A stretch of DNA of 64,000 nt, from NCBI RefSeq assembly GCF_018977255.1, contig NW_024704742.1, positions 17,362,001 through 17,426,000 of the forward strand. Direction: 5' to 3'. The position numbers and the translations under genes are program-made. This document shows, piece after piece, positions 38,661 through 52,269 of the stretch. Position 1 is the stretch's first letter. Every line of letters begins with the position of its first letter. Origin of the DNA: Callorhinchus milii. Taxonomy: Eukaryota. Under the pieces are notes generated by a model. That model ran no database searches, was not told the DNA's origin, and saw only the letters and a list, made by a program, of their open reading frames with translations.

Positions 38661-39636
38661 CCAATAAAAAGGTGCTTCTGACAAGATTCGCTACTTGCGG
38701 GACAGGCCGGGAAAAAATTGGGAACAAAATATTGTCAGAAACATTTAATTTTTAAATATCTTTACCCCAATGTTGAATATTTTCTCATCACACTGTATCG
38801 CAGTGCAGCGTTACAATAGTGAGTAGGAATGATTGTTTTTTAACTGAAAATTAGACAAATTTCACATCACTTTTGATGTGTGCATCTAACAATAAAACAG
38901 ATAGAACAGCTATCTGTCAGTATCTTCACTTGCAACAACAACTGGTAGCACGTTACTGTTATAAATAATGATGACTGTTATAGAGCAGCTATGAGTATCT
39001 TTTTTAATCATGTATATCTGGCAAATGCTGGTACAGTGCATTATTAGATAGAAATGGCACAGAATGCTCAACAGGGTCATGTGTGGGAAACCAGCCATTC
39101 AATTCTGAGAGTGCAGCACTGAGTTTTCCTCATGTCAAGTTATACAAGTCTAACTTGCAGTATTTTGTAGCATATGTGTAATTGTTGAATTTCCATTCAA
39201 ATATGTGAAGAGTGAATTCTTCAGCGCATTCAATGTTTTGGACATTTGATGAGGATTATTATTATAATGACATATTTCCTATTCCAAGAAATCTGTTACA
39301 AAATACTGCAAATAAGATCTCATTGACTGATGCATATATTTTCTCAAGTGGGATTAGAATTGCCATTGATGAGTGCTGTCTGATGCTTTTCTGCTCTGAA
39401 ATTGTTCTGTTCCCAGCCCCAGGCGTCAGTCTGATGGCAATCTGGTGGGTGGAGTCTTCCTTTATCACCATCTTATAAAACCCTCAGTTGTTGAAAGGCG
39501 TTATTGCATTTACGAGGTTTGAATTGCAGACCTTTCACTATGCTCAAAGAGATAAATGCCAATACTATATAATCTTTCACACATGTAAAATAAAACAGTC
39601 TGGTTGTTAATAATATCAGCAGTGGCATATATAAAT

Positions 39637-39953
39637 GGAGTCCTGTAGCTCAGTGGTTAGAGCACTCGCTTTGCAAGCGAGAGACCTGAGTTCAATTCCA
39701 GACAGGGCGAAACCTTGGGCAAGTTTCCTTACTCCACACGCCTAATAATAATCCCTCCAAAACCAAAAACAATAATAAATTGGTCATTTTCAATCTACGA
39801 CTGTTTGTGGGACATTGCTGTGCGCAATTGCTTGCCGCGTTCGCCCACAAATATACAGTCAATTCACTTTACAGTGTGTTCTGTGAAGCGCTTTGGGACG
39901 TCCTCCCAACGTGAAAAGCGCTATATCAAATGCAAGGATTATTATTATTATTA
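39637..39953 (+). mobile_element. Full-length Deu-SINE, best consensus-like copy
   Basis: Intact A box (TAGCTCAGTGG), TGC anticodon-like arm CTCGC-TTTGCAA-GCGAG, B box, Deu core and tail. Confidence 0.92.
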
Positions 39954-40534
39954 TAACTCCTAGCTCACTGTCAAACTAACTTTATGTTTAGTACCTTGAA
40001 GATCATAGCAGCATTGACATAAAAATACAATTGCAAATTTTAGCCCTGGTTTACCAAGAAGCATCACGCAAAGAAAGATTATTCCGCAGTTCTACATATT
40101 GAGACTGGAGGTAGTCCTATGCATATCAACAAATTGATTATATTTAGCAAATGGAGCAGAATAACCTGAAACCGTTTCCAAGGGTAAGTCTCCCTCCCGT
40201 GTTTCTCTCCTTTCCGTGGTTAAAGGAGATGCCACTCAGGTATGGATCTTATTGTCTTCTTTTTATCACTGAGAACTCTTTGTCCATAAATAAAATTAAG
40301 AGGCATTACAAGATTAAAGTAAATGTTAGACCCTTATCCAAGCTCATTAATGGTGGTGATTGTTCATTATCGCAGTGGTTACACTTGACTGAGCACCATT
40401 GCAAGGCTGGGTGGATGTGAAAGGGAAAGCTTAATAAACTATCTGAGTACAGTGAGGTCAGTGCATTGTCTTGGGGCGAGGCAACACACACTCACCTTTT
40501 TCGTTAAGAACAAAGATCAGAATGAAGAAACAGC

Positions 40535-40840
40535 ATCTCCTGGTGGCTCAGTGTTTTTATCCAGTGAATACTGAACAGTACAGAATGGGAAGGTCCCAAG
40601 TTTTATCCCTGGTCTGTCCTGGGTTGGCTGATCTCAGACAATTGAGTGGTAACGTTGACCTCAGTGAGCTGGGAAATTAGCCAGGATTGCTGATCACTGT
40701 TTAGTGATTCCCTCCCTCCCACCCACCCCCACTCCGAACGAAGGCACATAGGTGCTATTGGTTAATGACAGGATTTTAGTCTGACTGTAACATTCCCCCA
40801 ATTGAACAGTCTGCTAACACTCAATGACAAAGCTTCATTC
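40535..40840 (+). mobile_element. Ancient tRNA-SINE relic, MamSINE1-like
   Basis: CCTGGTGGCTCAG...GGAAGGTCCCAAGTT...CCCTGGTCTGTCCTGGGTTGGCTGATCTCAG, with diverged copies elsewhere in the window. Family assignment from memory. Confidence 0.5.
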
Positions 40841-40987
40841 ATTTGCCTACAAAACTTGGAGCCGTTACACATTAGAGTAAATCCTGTGAAGCGCTTTGAG
40901 ACATACTCTCTGTGAAAGGCACCATCTCAATTGTAAAGATTATTTTTATGTCAGAATGGTATGGATGCTGTAAAGGTAAGTGTTGAT

Positions 40988-41295
40988 AAGCACTCGCTTT
41001 GCAAGCGAGAGACCTGAGTTCAATCCCAGGCAGGGCGAAACCTTGGGCAAGTTTCCTTACTCCACACAGAGCCTGATAATAATCCCTCCAAAACCAAAAA
41101 CAATAATAAATTGGTCATTTTCAATCTACGACTGTTTGTGGGACATTGTTGTGCGCAATTGGCTGCCGCGTTCGCCCACAAATATACAGTCAATTCACTT
41201 TACAGTGTATTCTGTGAAGCGCTTTGGGACGTCCTCCTGACGTGAAAAGCGCTATATCAAATGCAAGGATTATTATTATTATTATTATTATTATT
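40988..41295 (+). mobile_element. Deu-SINE lacking the first ~23 nt
   Basis: Starts AGCACTCGCTTTGCAAG; long (TTA)n tail. Confidence 0.9.
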
Positions 41296-43933
41296 CTGGG
41301 AAGATGAGATCAAACTGAAAGCAGTTTTGTGGTGTACTGGGGTTCAAGGAGCAGTTCCCATTTGGCACAATGGAACCAACGGGTTATTATCATAATGGTG
41401 TCTGTGGGTTGCAAACCCTCAACTGTCCAGACATGTTCCCAATGTGAAAGGCACTGTATAAATGCAATTTGTTGCTGTTATTACTTCGTCGTCACCAATA
41501 ATACATGATATTTGGCAAAGCACGTATACATTTTATAATCTGAAGCAACATTAAAGAGGTGATCGAGTCGATTGTATGTTATTGTTGCGTTCACGTCCTG
41601 ATCCAAAATGCTGCCTCTGAAAACAACAGTTATATATTTCTTTATTAATCTAGTACCAAGCGAAATTCTGTGAACCTGATCTAAACAACTGCTGATATCT
41701 GCACAAACATCCTGCACATCTGTAAACCTTCTATCACTGACAGGCACAAGGATGTGTTTAGTCAACAGGGATACCCCTTGTTAAGAATGTTCAAATACCA
41801 AGACAGTGTAAGGAGCCAGACAGAATTATCAGAATTTCACTGGCAACAGGTCGTGGGGGTTGGGCAATGTCATTGTGCGCATTACAGAACAGCCATCAGC
41901 GAGGCATGTTGAAAGCGAGACAATGATAGAGAAAGCCCTGCCCAAAACAACACAAGAGGAGACACTGAGGGTGGGGTGAAATTCCACTGAGCATTAAAAC
42001 ATGTGTAAAGGCACACTTTGCACTCTGTGTAGGACTTTTCGGGCATTTCACGAGCACCCATAGCACATTACCATTGAGCAATGAAATGTTCTGCAATGTT
42101 TAAAAGAGAGTTAGACATATGTTTAAGAGGTACAGCGAAAGAGCAAGACATTGGGATTAAAAGATCTGCCAAGATCAAATAAACTGCTCAAACAGGTTCA
42201 ATGGGCTGAATTGCTTTTCCCTGTTTTCATTTGAGCATTCTTATGTGAATCATTACATTAATGCCTAAGCAGCAGTCAATAAAGAAGCACCATCAATGAA
42301 GCATTTCTAAAATTTCTCTCTCTTCCCACCATTTGTCTGACTTCTCCTCATCCTCATGAACTTGACTGACTCCTTCACTCCCTCTCTCTGGTTGTACAGT
42401 CCCACGGAACGCAGACCAGTGAAGTAGTGACCAGCATTCGTGGGTGAGCCTTGACATTGGGCACCAAAAGCCGGCAATCACACTTCAGATCACGTTGTCT
42501 CGTTTCACTAATCAACTTCTGAGACACTAAAAAATGTCCAGATCCCAAGTCATTGGGGCAGTCAGCTTTCTGAACACACATTCAGTGGATGTGGTCATGG
42601 CCAATTATAACGCTCTGGGATTTTATGATCAACATCTGTGTTATAACAGGGCTCCACTGAAGATGCTATAAACCAATTTATCTACTATTTGAGCGGTAAT
42701 TTAAAATCGTAAATCACATCTGCAATTCCTTACATTTTTATCATTCATGGTTCCACCTTGACTTCCCTGTCCTGCTGATCAGAAATCAGCAATATAATGA
42801 GTCTGTCCACGGTGGCCAACTACATGCTTCAAAATGAACTGTAGCAGATGCTTAGGATTTGCTGGATAATTTTGAAATGTTTGCTTGTTCGTCAAGGATT
42901 AAAGCATTGAAAATCTTTTGACAGAGCAATTCATTTTGTTTTATCTTATTTTCCAAAGCAGAATTTGACAAAAAATAATCAGCAAACATGAGAAAACGCT
43001 TTAAGACTATAACACATGTGAGAAAATATAATTTCTTTATATTATTCAGTTTGTGTTGCAGTGCAAAAATAGCATTAAAAAAACAGTAAAGTAACTTCAC
43101 ATTAAATACCCTGATGCTCCAATAATAGCAGCTTCTGCCTGTTGTTGTTTTTAAAAATCTGGATTCCAGATCTTAAAATATCATGGGTTGAACAATATGA
43201 AATATCACATGATAATTATCACCATAATTTCTGCACTTTGTTACTTTCATTTATTTGGAATAAAAATATATTTCCATTTGGAAGTCAGATCATGATTTTG
43301 TTTGACATCCATGCTGTCGGTTAAGAATAGGTAGTTTCTAAATGATTACACTGAGCCCAACCATTCTCTGACTGCTCAAGGCAGTGGGGATAGATTTTCA
43401 TGGTTCAAAGCCTTAAGACTATGACCATAACATTTAAGATCAAACAGATTCTTGGTCAAGTTCTGAGCAATCTTAAATTTTAAGCAAATGCTGTTAAGGC
43501 TAAGACACTGAGAAATCCCTGTTCTCTGGCAAGAAGACTGTGACGAAATTTATAGGTTTCATAAAGATTTAATCTTTGCTGCAAATTTAATTGAGTTAAA
43601 GAATGGTTCCTGCAATTTGGTTTAAACTGAGCAAATGCTTAGTTCATTTCTGGTTTGTTCCCCAGCTAAGTGAAGGCCACTCAACTCTTAGAATCACACC
43701 AGTGTGTGAAGATATAACATCCAGACTATCGTTCCACAGGAGAACTGCATCATTAAATGTTACAACCATTTCTGAATTCCAGCCAGACATCTCTCCACTC
43801 CACTCTATTCCACATGGTTAATCATTATTTCTTCGTGGAGTTCAGCTCTGTGTACACTATGGTACACCTCTTCACATGGTAGCAAGCTCTTTGTATGGGC
43901 TGCATTCCCAACACTGAATGTGACATTCTCGGT

Positions 43934-44040
43934 CTATATTATTTGGATTGTACTAGAGATTGACGGATTTTCCTTCATCTTTTTTCTGTGTTTTTTCCTC
44001 TTCATGTTCCATGAAAGTTCTTGTTTGATTTTTTCATCTT
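43934..44040 (-). CDS. SMIM31: SMIM31 coding exon 2
   Basis: TGTTTCTTTCAG| acceptor, phase 1; (E)DEKIKQELSWNMKRKKHRKKMKENPSISSTIQII*. Lys/Arg-rich tail as in human SMIM31; sequence identity low. Confidence 0.8.
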
Positions 44041-46018
44041 CTGAAAGAAACAACAGGTTTCAGTATGATGAGAAACATTTGCAATATCCTAAGAAAAACA
44101 CATTCATTCATTCCACATTGCAAAACCCATAATTTTTCCTCCTGGGTGATTTCTCTAAACATACATTCATGATATGGTATTGTTTCAGGTCAGCAGGTAT
44201 AAAGGGTAACGTTTCATTTTTGAATAAATGCAAAATTCACAGTCACTGCACTTTACAGTGTATACTGTGAAGAACTTTACAGTGTATCCTGTGACGTCAT
44301 CCCAATGTGAAAGCTGCTATATCTAATGCAAGGATTGTTATTATTAAATCACCTGCATGTCCCTCATAGGATTCTGGCAGGATACAAAGCACGATGTGTT
44401 TGTAAAGCCTGTAATACACTCTCCATGACAAGTTTGATTTTGCTCGCCTTTTTCCCCCTTGTCTGAAAGAACTTCTTAAAACAACTTTCAGTAAATTGGC
44501 TGAAAATATTAAGGTAGCATTCAAGAAATTGCCGAATTTTAGCTGCTCTAAAATGCTACATTGATAGACTAAATCGAGACCCAGGTTTTCTCTCGTAATT
44601 TGCTAATTGCAACTTTGGTGTTTGGGAATATCGAAAGCCATTACATATGTGTGCAATTGGCTGCTGCGTTTCGCCCACAAAATGTAGTCAATTCCCTTTA
44701 CAATATATTCTGTGAAGTGCTTTGAGATGTCTTTGGAAAGTTCTCTCGACGTGAAAGGGGCTCTATAAATGTAATTTTGTTGTTGTAGTTGTTGTCTCGA
44801 GGGGCGGAGGGTGCAAGGAACGAGCAGGATGCTTGTGCCAGTCGAGTGGAGGCTGTGGAACAGGGAGTGCGGAGGTCAGAGAAGTAGGGAAATGCCAAAG
44901 AATGAAGGAATTTGAACACGAGTGTGAGGATCTTGAAGTCAAAGACATGATAAGGTGCTATATCAAATGCAAGGATTATTATTAAATGCAAGGATTAAAT
45001 GTGTGATTTGCAAAATGTGAAACTTCGAATCCTGAAAGCCGTCAAAGTCAAGAAAAGTCAGTTGTTCACCCTCTCTGGCCACTTTTCCTTCTCCAGACAT
45101 TTTTCTTCTCTGGATGTTTTACCTTGCCGGAAGGATGTTTTTTTTCTCCAGCAATTTTTTTTAGACATTTGCACTTTTTCAGGATTCACACTGGTTTTGC
45201 AAATCTTACAATTTGAAATCACAAACCATACTGAATTAGGATTGTGAATGTGGCAAATGAGATGCCATTTGGGTATTATACCCCATGAGTTCAAGTTTAC
45301 AGGATAATAATGGCATGAACATTGAGATCTTCACAAAGTCCAGTAGCTGGAGACAATGTGGTAGATGTAGAAATAGCTGTGTGGAGTAATGGGCCATTGA
45401 CTGTGAAAGACCCTGGTGTAAGAAGACAGCTGGGCAAACCTAGGAATGAACAGTTTGTGTGACAGTTCAATGGGCTTTAGAAAAGTCTGCAAATATTTGT
45501 TGAAGTTACCCTTTATTGAACTAGCCCTCGATTAACAACATCCTTTTCAGTGAATACAAGAGGCCTACAACAAAACAATTGAGGTAAGGGTGATCACAGG
45601 ATGAAATAACTATGCACAACTATATTCCTACATTGGATGTTAACAGACCTAGACAAGAAGCTCTGAAATTAGAATTTGGAAGTTCAAACTGGAAGGGTTT
45701 AATCAATAAGAAAGTGACATTGCAGGAAAACAACAGTAGTCTTTATGGGCAATTGAATGAAAGGTATTCCTCTTATTTTAGTTTATGAACTATAGCAGAT
45801 CTAAGAGCCCCCATCAAATGCACTATAACTGGTGAAAACAGCACAGTTTGAAACAGACATTTTTAATAGAAAAACTGTTGAGAATGTTGGTTACATGCAT
45901 GATGCATGTCTTGCAAAAAGAAAACTTTGACTTGATGGGGAGAATATATCTTGGGTCAGTTTGCTAAGAAACTCTTTATCGCTCTGGTAGGTTTAAAGTA
46001 TCAGTATTAATTTGTAAG

Positions 46019-47146
46019 ATGGTTCAAGTCCTACCTCACAAACCGACAGCATTAAGTCTGCACAAACGGCTTCTCCTCCCGCTCTCACCCGGTTACCTGC
46101 GGGGTAACCCAAGGATCCATCCTTGGCCCCCTCCTCTTTCTGATCTACATGCTCCCTCTTGGGGATGTCATCCGCAGACATGGGGTACATTTCCACATGT
46201 ATGTGGACGACACCCAACTCTATTTTTCTACCTCTCTTTGCTACCCCCAGTCCCCTGATGTTCTGTCAGTCTGCTTGTCAGACATCAGGAGCTGGATGAG
46301 CGCAAATATCCTTCAGCTGAATGTTGACAAGACGGAAGCCATACTCTTTGGCTCTCGTCAACGTCTTAAATGTCACAGTTCTCACCTCCTCCACTTACCT
46401 GACCTCACCCTAAAACTTTCCGAACCCGTATGCAACCTAGGCATCAGGTTCGATCCCCAATTATCCTTCCTCCCACACATCCGGTCCCTCACCAGCACCA
46501 CTTTCTTCCACCTCTGATGCATCGCCCATCTCCACCAATACCTCTCTCCGAAAGCTGCTGAAACCCTGTCCATGCCTTTGTCACCTCTTGGCTGGATTAT
46601 TCGAATGCCCTCCTCGCCGGTCTCCCCTCCACTACCATCCATAAAATCCAGATTATTCAAAACTCTGACGCCTGCATTCTCACCCGCATCAAACTCCACT
46701 CCCTGATTACCCCAGTTCTTGCCAGACTGCACAGACTGCCTGTCCCAGAGAGGATCAACTTCAAGATCCTCACCCTTGTCTTCAAATCCCTCCACTCCTC
46801 CACAGTCCCTTGCCTGTCTGACCTCCTCTCTCCTCAAAACAGTGCCCGTTGCCTTCGTTCCTCCGTGTCTGGCCTCCGCCTTGTCCCCCGAGTCCTCCCC
46901 TTCACCCTCTGGGGCTGTACCTTCAGCCACTATGCCCCGAGGCTCTGGAACTCCCTTCCTCACTCCCTTCGCCTCGACCCCTCTCTTCCTATTTTCAGGT
47001 CTCTGCTGAAGACCTTTCTTTACGACCGCACCTTTGGCCACCTTCCTCTCCCTCCCCCTGGCTCGGCCCCGGGATATGTTACTGTGAAGCACTCTGAGAC
47101 GCCATCCGGCGTGGAGGGCACTATATAAATCCAAGTTGTTGTTGTT
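46019..47146 (+). mobile_element. 5'-truncated L2 LINE with intact 3' tail
   Basis: RT motifs ([34 protein letters not shown]) with stops and frameshifts; tail ending (GTT)n. Same subfamily as 58445-60520. Lies in the SMIM31 intron. Confidence 0.93.
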
Positions 47147-48032
47147 GATATTGGTGGTGGTGTTTTAAGAACTGTGAAAAACCATCTTCCAAAACAAGAC
47201 AGGATTTTAACAATGTTCCGCAATTGTTACAATTGTTATCCACACATAAATTTTTAAACCAAAGAGGTCTGACGGACTAAGACAGGTGATATGTTGGGCC
47301 CTTAGATGTTTTCAAATCAGAAATCAAGATGGAGAATTTACAATAATAATAATTCTTGCATTTGATTTGCAACAACAACAAAATTACATTTGTAAAGCAT
47401 CTTTCATGTCGGGAGGATGTCCCAAGGCGCAGCGTGATAAGGCACTGTAAGGGATATAGAATCTTATCATGCTGGTGAAATGTTTCAAAACTGTTCACAG
47501 GATTTGCTGTAAAGTGTAGTAACTGCGTATTTTGAAGGCAGTCAATTTGTGCACAGCAATGTTCCATTTTGAAGAAATTCCTTCTTGGTCTAGATTTACT
47601 CCATAAGTTTAGCCTTTGAGAGCATCCAGAATATGGCCAACTGTTTTCTGCAGTTCTTAAAAGAAACTCATAGAAATGACTTCAAAATTAAGACGGGTGG
47701 GGGTGGGGAGTGGGGGATAGGGGGTGGGGGGGGAAGGAGTTGGGGTTGGGCGATGGGGGAAGAGGGAGCCTGAGTAAAACAAACTTAAAGGGGCAGGCCC
47801 TGAGTAAAACTCAGTTAAAGGGTCAGTTCCTTTTATGACCAGCGAGCCGCGGGCTTCACTGACCATCGGAGGTGAGGATGCCCCAACGAGCAGAAGTGGG
47901 CAGGATCCATCCAGGAGTTGGGAGAGAGACAAGAGGAGCTGCTAGATGGAGAGGGGCTGCTTGAGTACTGGCTGTGGTCCTCCTCAGGGCTTTCCCCTCC
48001 CAGCTCACCTTAAAGAGCTGAGCTGTAGATAG

Positions 48033-48979
48033 ATTTGGGGGCTGAGCCCCCTCTAGCGCTAGCCTCCTGCTGCCTATTTCCAGACTTTGTCGTCTTGGAA
48101 TTTGCTGTTGAGCGAATCTCACCATCTGTCAAGTAGAAGTTGTAACTGGCGACTGGGCAAGTGTTACATTTTCAAACCCAATGACAATCCAATTTGCCGA
48201 ATACACAAAACATTTACAAAATTCACAGTAACTACACTTTACGGTAAAATCACGCAAGGTGCTTTAAACGTATTCCAGATGAGAAAGGTGCAATATCAAA
48301 TGCAAGAATTACTTTAATTATTATTCTTTAGGAACAGAGAATGTATTTTGAAATACTATTATTCTAACATTTCAAATGTTATCAGACTGAAGCTGTTTGT
48401 CATATAGAGTGATATATAATCATTGAGTTCCCCAATGACCCACTGGGTAAAGATGCTGTTGGTGCAACGTACCAGAAAGGTCACAGGGTCAATTCTTGAT
48501 CTCAGCTTGGGCAGCAAGTAACCAAGGAACTACAATAGACCTTAGTGTAACTGGGTTAGGGAAAGAAAAATGAACAATGAGTTGGATGTGTGAACAGGAT
48601 TAGCCAAAACTATATGTCCATCATGGTTAAAAAACCTTTGAAACTTCACTGGAGGCTGACACCCACTGAACGGTAACACAAACCATTGTTTTGTTGTTGT
48701 TTATAATGGGATTTTCCATTATCAACATGTAAAGAAACTTTCACTGATGTTGGGGAAATTTAGCGAGACAGTTGAAAAATGGAGCGGAGAAACTGTCAAG
48801 CAAACTGTCGAGCATGACCTCTATCTGGGAAAGTGTACGCCTGTCATCAGTTCTCGTGGAAACATAGGATTTTCTGACTCATAAAGTCTGATGGATATAT
48901 GAAGTTAGAATATTGATAGTTTAAGTTTAGTTTAATAGGCAGCAGGAGGCTAGCGCTAGAGGGGGCTCAGCCCCCAAAT
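48033..48979. repeat. Perfect 46-bp inverted repeat pair ~0.85 kb apart
   Basis: 48033-48078 (ATTTGGGGGCTGAGCCCCCTCTAGCGCTAGCCTCCTGCTGCCTATT) is the exact reverse complement of 48934-48979. Confidence 0.9.
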
Positions 48980-49782
48980 TCAGTCAAAATGAAAATGGTT
49001 GGCTGCCATTTGACATAACCTGCGAAACTTGTGCTGAGAGTGACACGATACATGACTTCATTAATGGGACTCAGAATCAGAGAAAGCTCCCATCATAAGC
49101 AACACCAGTGTGAGGAGATAAATAATAATAATCCTTGCATTTGATGCAGCGACTTATCAGGTTGTTGACATGGCTCAAAGCGCTTCACAGGATACACTGT
49201 AAAGTGAATTGACTGTGTGTATTTTGTAGGCAAATCATGTCAGACAGTTGTCACAGTAATGTCCCACAAATTGCTAGGGAGTGAGTGATCAATTTTATTT
49301 GGGAGATTGTTGGCCAGGATGATGGACTCTGACCAGGGGGAGGGCAACACAGCCAAGCCCTGATCCCACTCTATCATCCGCACTCTGTATAAATGCACCT
49401 GTACATCCAGTAAAGGTCTCAGGATAATGATCAGGAGCAGGAATCAGGATACTGATTTTTTTCTTCTCCTGAACTCAGGCACACTGAGACCGGTCGAAAC
49501 TCCCTGCTATTGTACTGGCTCAGATCAGCTCCAACAACATTCTGGTCTGTTTGGTCTAGTGCTGTATCTGGGGCAAGGGGGAAGGGTCTTTATCTACAAA
49601 GACACGAGGAGGGCAGACAGCTCTCAAATGCTTTGTTGTCTAAAATAAGTCCAGATTATGAGTATGAAGTAATAATAATAATCTTTGCATTTGATAAAGC
49701 TCCTTATGACATCATTGGGACTCTTCACAGAATATATTGTAAAGTGGATTGACTGTATTTTGTGGACAAAATGCGGCAGCTA

Positions 49783-49956
<174 letters not shown>

Positions 49957-50440
49957 CTATAGGTGTTATGAAAAAAGTAGATTGTTACAACAACAACTTG
50001 CATTTATATAGCGCCCTTCACATGGGTAGCATCTAGATTGTTAGAAGCTTTCTGATCATAGCAACAAGTTACACGCAGGCTATGTGCTGTGACACATAGA
50101 TACTACGTTCTTCCTATATTCAAGGTTTCAGGAAAAACACTCAGAAGATGATTGTTCCAAAACTAAACAAACTTGTTTGGCTGCTTGTAGCTCCTTGCCA
50201 ATGGCTCCACAGTTTGAATTGTGTTACACAGCTTCCCTGCTGACTCAGTGAGAGTGCAATGCTGCCCTGGTGATGTCTGGTTATGCTTAATTACTTTTCT
50301 CCTTCCCTCATCTCTCCTCCACATGCTCCAATGAGTCGCACTGCGTGTTGGACATTCTTGGTCAGATCATTTACCCGAGAGTTTAGTTTACATGATTTGG
50401 GTTTTATGCTCCCTCTCACATTTGTCATGCAGCATAATAC

Positions 50441-50760
50441 AATAATAATAATAATAATCCTTGCATTTGATATAGCGCTTTTCACGTTGGGAGGACGTCC
50501 CAAAGCACTTCACAGAACACACTGTAAAGTGAATTGACTGTATATTTGTGGGCGAATGCGGCAGCCAATTGCGCACAGCAATGTCCCACAAACAGTCGTA
50601 GATTGAAAATGACCAATTTCTTATTGTTTTTTGGTTTTGGAGGGATTATTATTAGGTGTGTGGAGTAAGGAAACTTGCCCAAGGTTTCGCCCTGCCTGGA
50701 ATTGAACCCAGGTCTCTCGCTTGCAAAGTGAGTGCTCTAACCCTTGAGCTACAGGACTCC
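50441..50760 (-). mobile_element. Full-length Deu-SINE, short form
   Basis: Reverse complement of the 39637-39953 type. Confidence 0.9.
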
Positions 50761-51095
50761 ACAAACAACTGAGGAAGCTAAATATATACTCTTATCACCC
50801 TGTGTAAACTTTTTGTTAGAAATGGGATTGACTTCGGTTCCGGGACACTGAAAAGCCTGTTGCTGTGAATGCTGATCAGGACACACACTTTTAATGCTGT
50901 TTGTATAACAGATAAAGGGTCTGTTTTGTTTTTGTTCATTGTTTCCATTTTGTGTTGTCTACCACAGTATATTTTCCTTACGTTTCTCTCCTCAAACAAA
51001 GTTTCAACCTTTTTAAGTATTATCAGCTTCACAGTTGAGTAAAAGACTATGGCGCACATTTCCACTGGTCAATAAAGTTTGGTCAGTAATACTAC

Positions 51096-51650
51096 TAATA
51101 ATTCTTGCATTTGATATAATATAATAATAATCCTTGCATTTGATATAGTGCCTTAACACACATTGTTGAGACGTCTCAAATTGCTTCACAGAATATACTG
51201 TAAAATGAATTGACTGTATATGGAGTGGGAAAAATGCGGCAGCCAATTGCGCACAGCAGTGTCCGACAAACAGGTGTGGGTTGAATTTTTTTAAAGGGAT
51301 TATTGCCCCTGGAAAGCGATCCGCCAATCGACTAACAACCGGGTTCCTACTTATTGCTAGGTAAACAGGTGTGTGGAGTAAAGAAATTTACCTCAGGTTT
51401 CGCCCTACCCTGGAATCGAATCCGAGTCTTCTTGCTTGCGAGGCAAGTGCTCTAACCAATAAAGAACTCAACATAGCGCCTTAACGTAGCACTGAAGATT
51501 CTCAAAAGTGCTTCACAAGATTTTACTGTAAAGTGTAATGACTGTGCATTTATAGGTGAGCATGGCAGCACATTTGCACACAGCAATATACCACAAACCA
51601 CCTTGATGTGAATGACCAATTTTATCTGAGGCCAGGACACCGGGAGTAAA
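51096..51650 (-). mobile_element. Long-form Deu-SINE (~51120-51460) nested in the tail of an older Deu-SINE
   Basis: Two consecutive CTTGCATTTGATATA tails; the outer element resumes at ~51472 (ATAGCGCCTT...). Confidence 0.8.
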
Positions 51651-52100
51651 TCCTTTCTTTTTTTGAATTGTTCCGTGACATATAAAGACGTCTTGCATAC
51701 TGGAAATCAACAGCATCAAAATCCTATTGTTCTAATGGGATGGTGGGACCTCCTCAAAATCAGCCCGCTTCCATGTATGGAACTGCTTTGGAAAATGACT
51801 AAATTTTGTGAAACACGTCCCCACAACATGGTGCAAATGTACAGCAGTTAGAGCTAAGAGTGCCCGGAAGAGATTTATGTTTCGTTTGTGACCCTCCATA
51901 GAAATGGTTCTGTCTCAAGACCGTCTGACTGGGAAATGCTTTTCTGTTGGCTGGAGGAAGGGAGAGTGTAGATTTCTCCTGTCAGATGAGAACGTATTTG
52001 CTTTACTTACTGATACATTTGCAGTGCCTCTGGTGTAATCTTCCCAGGAGTGAAGGGATGGGGGAGGAATAGGAGAGAAGATCAGTCAGTGCTGTAACAT

Positions 52101-52116
52101 TCACCAGGTGGCGCTG
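52101..52116 (+). promoter_or_regulatory. Candidate CTCF site
   Basis: TCACCAGGTGGCGCTG closely matches the CTCF core consensus CCASYAGRKGGCRS. Confidence 0.5.
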
Positions 52117-52269
52117 TTCACCACTATCCCTTCAGCTGGAGTTTTTTTCTCACCTCCAAAAGTGCAAAGTATTTGCATTTTCTGACAGGCCAGCAATTCA
52201 GCTTCTCCAGAGTCCAGGAAGGAACACTGGCAGACAACCATTATCTACAACAAGTCATGACTACATGTG

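Noticed and set aside
39637..39710. tRNA-Ala-like sequences at SINE 5' ends
   Set aside because: They are SINE heads continuing into the Deu core, with no proper acceptor stem; not tRNA genes.
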